A DNA stretch of 64,000 bases from Plasmodiophora brassicae (taxonomy: Eukaryota), in NCBI GenBank assembly GCA_036867785.1, contig CP145425.1:186001-250000 (forward strand), written 5' to 3'. Positions 61,625-64,000 of this stretch are shown in pieces. How positions within the stretch are numbered: the first letter of the stretch is position 1; each line of letters begins with the position of its first letter. Both the position numbers and the translations under genes were made by a program. Below the pieces are notes generated by a model. It was not told where the DNA came from, did not search any database, and worked only from the letters and a program-made list of their open reading frames with translations.

Positions 61625-63405
61625 CTATTCAATGCGGTGTCTTTGGTGCGGGCGCGCCTCAGCGGCCGCATGGAGCATCATCACGATGTTGACGTGGCCG
61701 CCCTGCCAGGCCAGGTCCAGCGCCGTGGCTTTATCGTCCGCATCGATATCGCCCTGTGCATCCAGCAGTAGCGCGACAATGTCGACGTGGCCATGATGCG
61801 CGGCACAGTATAGCGCTGTCCAGGAGCACATCGTGCGCGCGGTAACCTCGGTCGCCGGTGCACGTAGCAGCGCCTTGACGGCATCGCCGTGCCCAGCAGA
61901 AGCGGCCAAATGCAACGCCGTGTTGCCCTGGCGATCACGCGCATTGATAGCCGTCCTCGAGTCGTCCGCCAGTAACTCGAGTACGTCGTCGTGCCCAGCA
62001 GCCGCAGCCAAGTGCAGTGCCGTCTTCCCGTCGTTGTTCCGCGCGTTGACGGCGACCACGGCAACCTGCAGAAACAACTCGACGACGTCGGCGTACCCAG
62101 TCGACGCCGCGCGATGCAGGCCCGTGTTGCCGTCTTGGTCGGGCGCATCGACATCGGCGCCCGCGTCGATCAGCAAACGGGCGACGTTCGCGTGCCCCAG
62201 GGTTGCCGCCCAGTGCAGCGAGGTGGTCCGCTCCCCATCACGCGCGTTAACATCCGTCCCGTTGGCGCTCAGCAGTATGCGCACGATATCGTCGAACCCG
62301 CTCCCGGAAGCGTAGTGCAGGGCGGTCATGCGGATCCCCGACTCGTCGACGCCGACGACCGCGTTGACGTCGACCCCGGCGGTATCAGCGCTAACCAGCA
62401 CGTGGACGACCTCCACATGTTGGCCCTCCACGGCCATCGTCAGTGGCGTCCGCGTTCCGTCCCCGAGTGTCGCGTCCGCTTCGATCCCAGCAACATGCAT
62501 CAGAACGCTGACGACGTCAGCGTGTCCGTCTGCCGCGGCAGCGTGCAACGGCGTCCAGCCGTTGTCGTCGCGCGCGTTCACAGCGATTCCATGCGCGTTC
62601 ACGAGCAGTCGGACAACCCCGACATGACCGTACGTTGCGGCCCAGTGCAACGGCGTCTTCTCCAGGAAATCGAGCGCGTTAACGTCGATCCCAGGCAGAT
62701 ACAGCAGCAGTTCAACCAGGAATTCCTCGTCCTTCCGTGCGGCCCAGTGCAAGACGCTGCCGTCGAAGGTCCACCCTGCATCGTTGACCGGAGTGGCATC
62801 GATCCCGAGGACCAGAGACGTACGACACATCTGGGCGATTGCCTTCCGGTACTCGTTCTGGGCAACCTGGGTCAGGCGGGCGACCCCCATGGCAAACCGG
62901 AATGCGTGTCGTGGCAGCAGGTCGTGCATCGCAGGGATATCGATCCAGGAGCGCCTCCTGGACGCGACGGCGATCGACAGCAGGCGCATGTCGAGGTAGT
63001 CTGCTGCTGACAGCAGCCGGCAAACCGACTGGAAGTCCATACTCCTGACCCTGGTTTCGATCCATTCCACAGCGAGTTCGATCTGTTGCCGGGCATGCGG
63101 TAAACGACCGGTATCGGTGCAATTTCGAGGGCTCATGACGCGCGCCTTACATCGTGGACCTCGAATCTCGTGACGAACGGAATGACCGCCTGCAACTCGG
63201 TACTGTTGACGTTGGGGAGGGGCACGAATTCAACGCTGGCGCCGAGCTCAGCAATCAGGTTCTTTACGACCGGGGAGTGAGCAACGATGTCCTGCGTGCC
63301 GACGACGTGGTCAACGCCGTCACCGCTGCGAAGCCTGACGGCGTCGCCCGCACAGCCCACGACAATCGTCACAAAAAGGGAACGCAGCACGACCAGGACG
63401 GGCAT
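61625..63405 (-). CDS. Signal peptide + SKP1/BTB-like domain + ~11 ankyrin repeats (effector candidate)
   Basis: MPVLVVLRSLFVTIVVGCAG; VRLRSGDG..HSPVVKNLI..VPLPNVNSTEL..LLSAADYLDM; ankyrin TPLH/TALH cores. Confidence 0.88.
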
Positions 63406-63878
63406 CGCGATCGCTAGCTTGAGATGTCGCGCGGCCTGTGCTTCGCTGATGGACGCAGTCGCCCAGGCGCCGACCGGCAGGTAGAACGCGCGTTCGAGTC
63501 GATGACTGTTTGGCCTGGCGGCCCGCTCTCCGCGCAACACTCGAATGGCGCCCCACACTCCTCCAGTACTGCCGCGTGTGCTTGCTAGTAATGTTGACCC
63601 GGCGCCCAGGCCCGGCTCAGTGATACCTAATCCCGGGTTGCCTGTCGCAGCAGCGGTATCGATCCCGAGCAACTCGCAGCGGAATCACAGGCGCTTCGGC
63701 CCCCGGAAGCATCAGCGGTTCCGCACGAAGGGAAACACGGCCTGTGACGTCGCGTCCGATCAACGAAGACGTATACTTTCGTACACTGCATCCTTGTCGT
63801 TTAGCGGGCAGGGGCGGCCTTCAACGTCCTCCAGCAGCCGAACGAAACCACAGTGCAGTGCGGGCCACTTCATTTCGG

Positions 63879-64000
63879 TCACTTTTTCTTCTTCTTTCCC
63901 TTCTTGCCGCCCTTCTTCTTCGTCGACTTGGAGGCCGCCGCCTCCTCGGCCGCTTTCAGCGCCCACTGCTCCATCACGGCGCGTTTCTCTTCCGCGGCTT
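63879..64000 (-). CDS. 3' end of a gene with Lys-rich tail (partial)
   Basis: AAEEKRAVMEQWALKAAEEAAASKSTKKKGGKKGKKKKK*, open to the window edge. Confidence 0.6.
   Translation of the reverse strand, partial: AAEEKRAVMEQWALKAAEEAAASKSTKKKGGKKGKKKKK

Overview
Gene-dense, GC-rich eukaryotic DNA with many short (~50-60 nt) GT-AG introns and CTGAC/CTAAC branch sites. The gene repertoire includes a signal peptide + SKP1/BTB-like + ankyrin protein and a Crinkler-like REase. Together with the intron style, this suggests a plasmodiophorid such as Plasmodiophora brassicae (inference only). Recognisable housekeeping genes: DJ-1/PfpI, CPSF30/YTH1, type II PI4-kinase, CAMK-type kinase, TauE/SafE, SNAP-25-type SNARE, DH-PH RhoGEF, HAUS6, ATG8, GCP5, SCOT, a histidine phosphatase, a CHY-zinc-finger protein, and two tightly linked tRNAs (Met with intron, Gln). 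The 31.9-38.4 kb block is a nested transposon cluster. A Mutator-like element (32149-35881, 9-bp TSD GCATTTCAG, ~380-bp TIRs that copy the 5' end of its own ORF) sits inside the subterminal repeats of a decayed pogo-like element, whose DDE region is duplicated as an inverted repeat. A PIF/Harbinger relic lies at 19.8-20.9 kb. There are several candidate secreted proteins, including a six-exon His/Asp-rich peptide gene that the ORF track does not recover. Coordinates of multi-exon genes are outer bounds read by eye; family calls come from motif recognition, not database searches.
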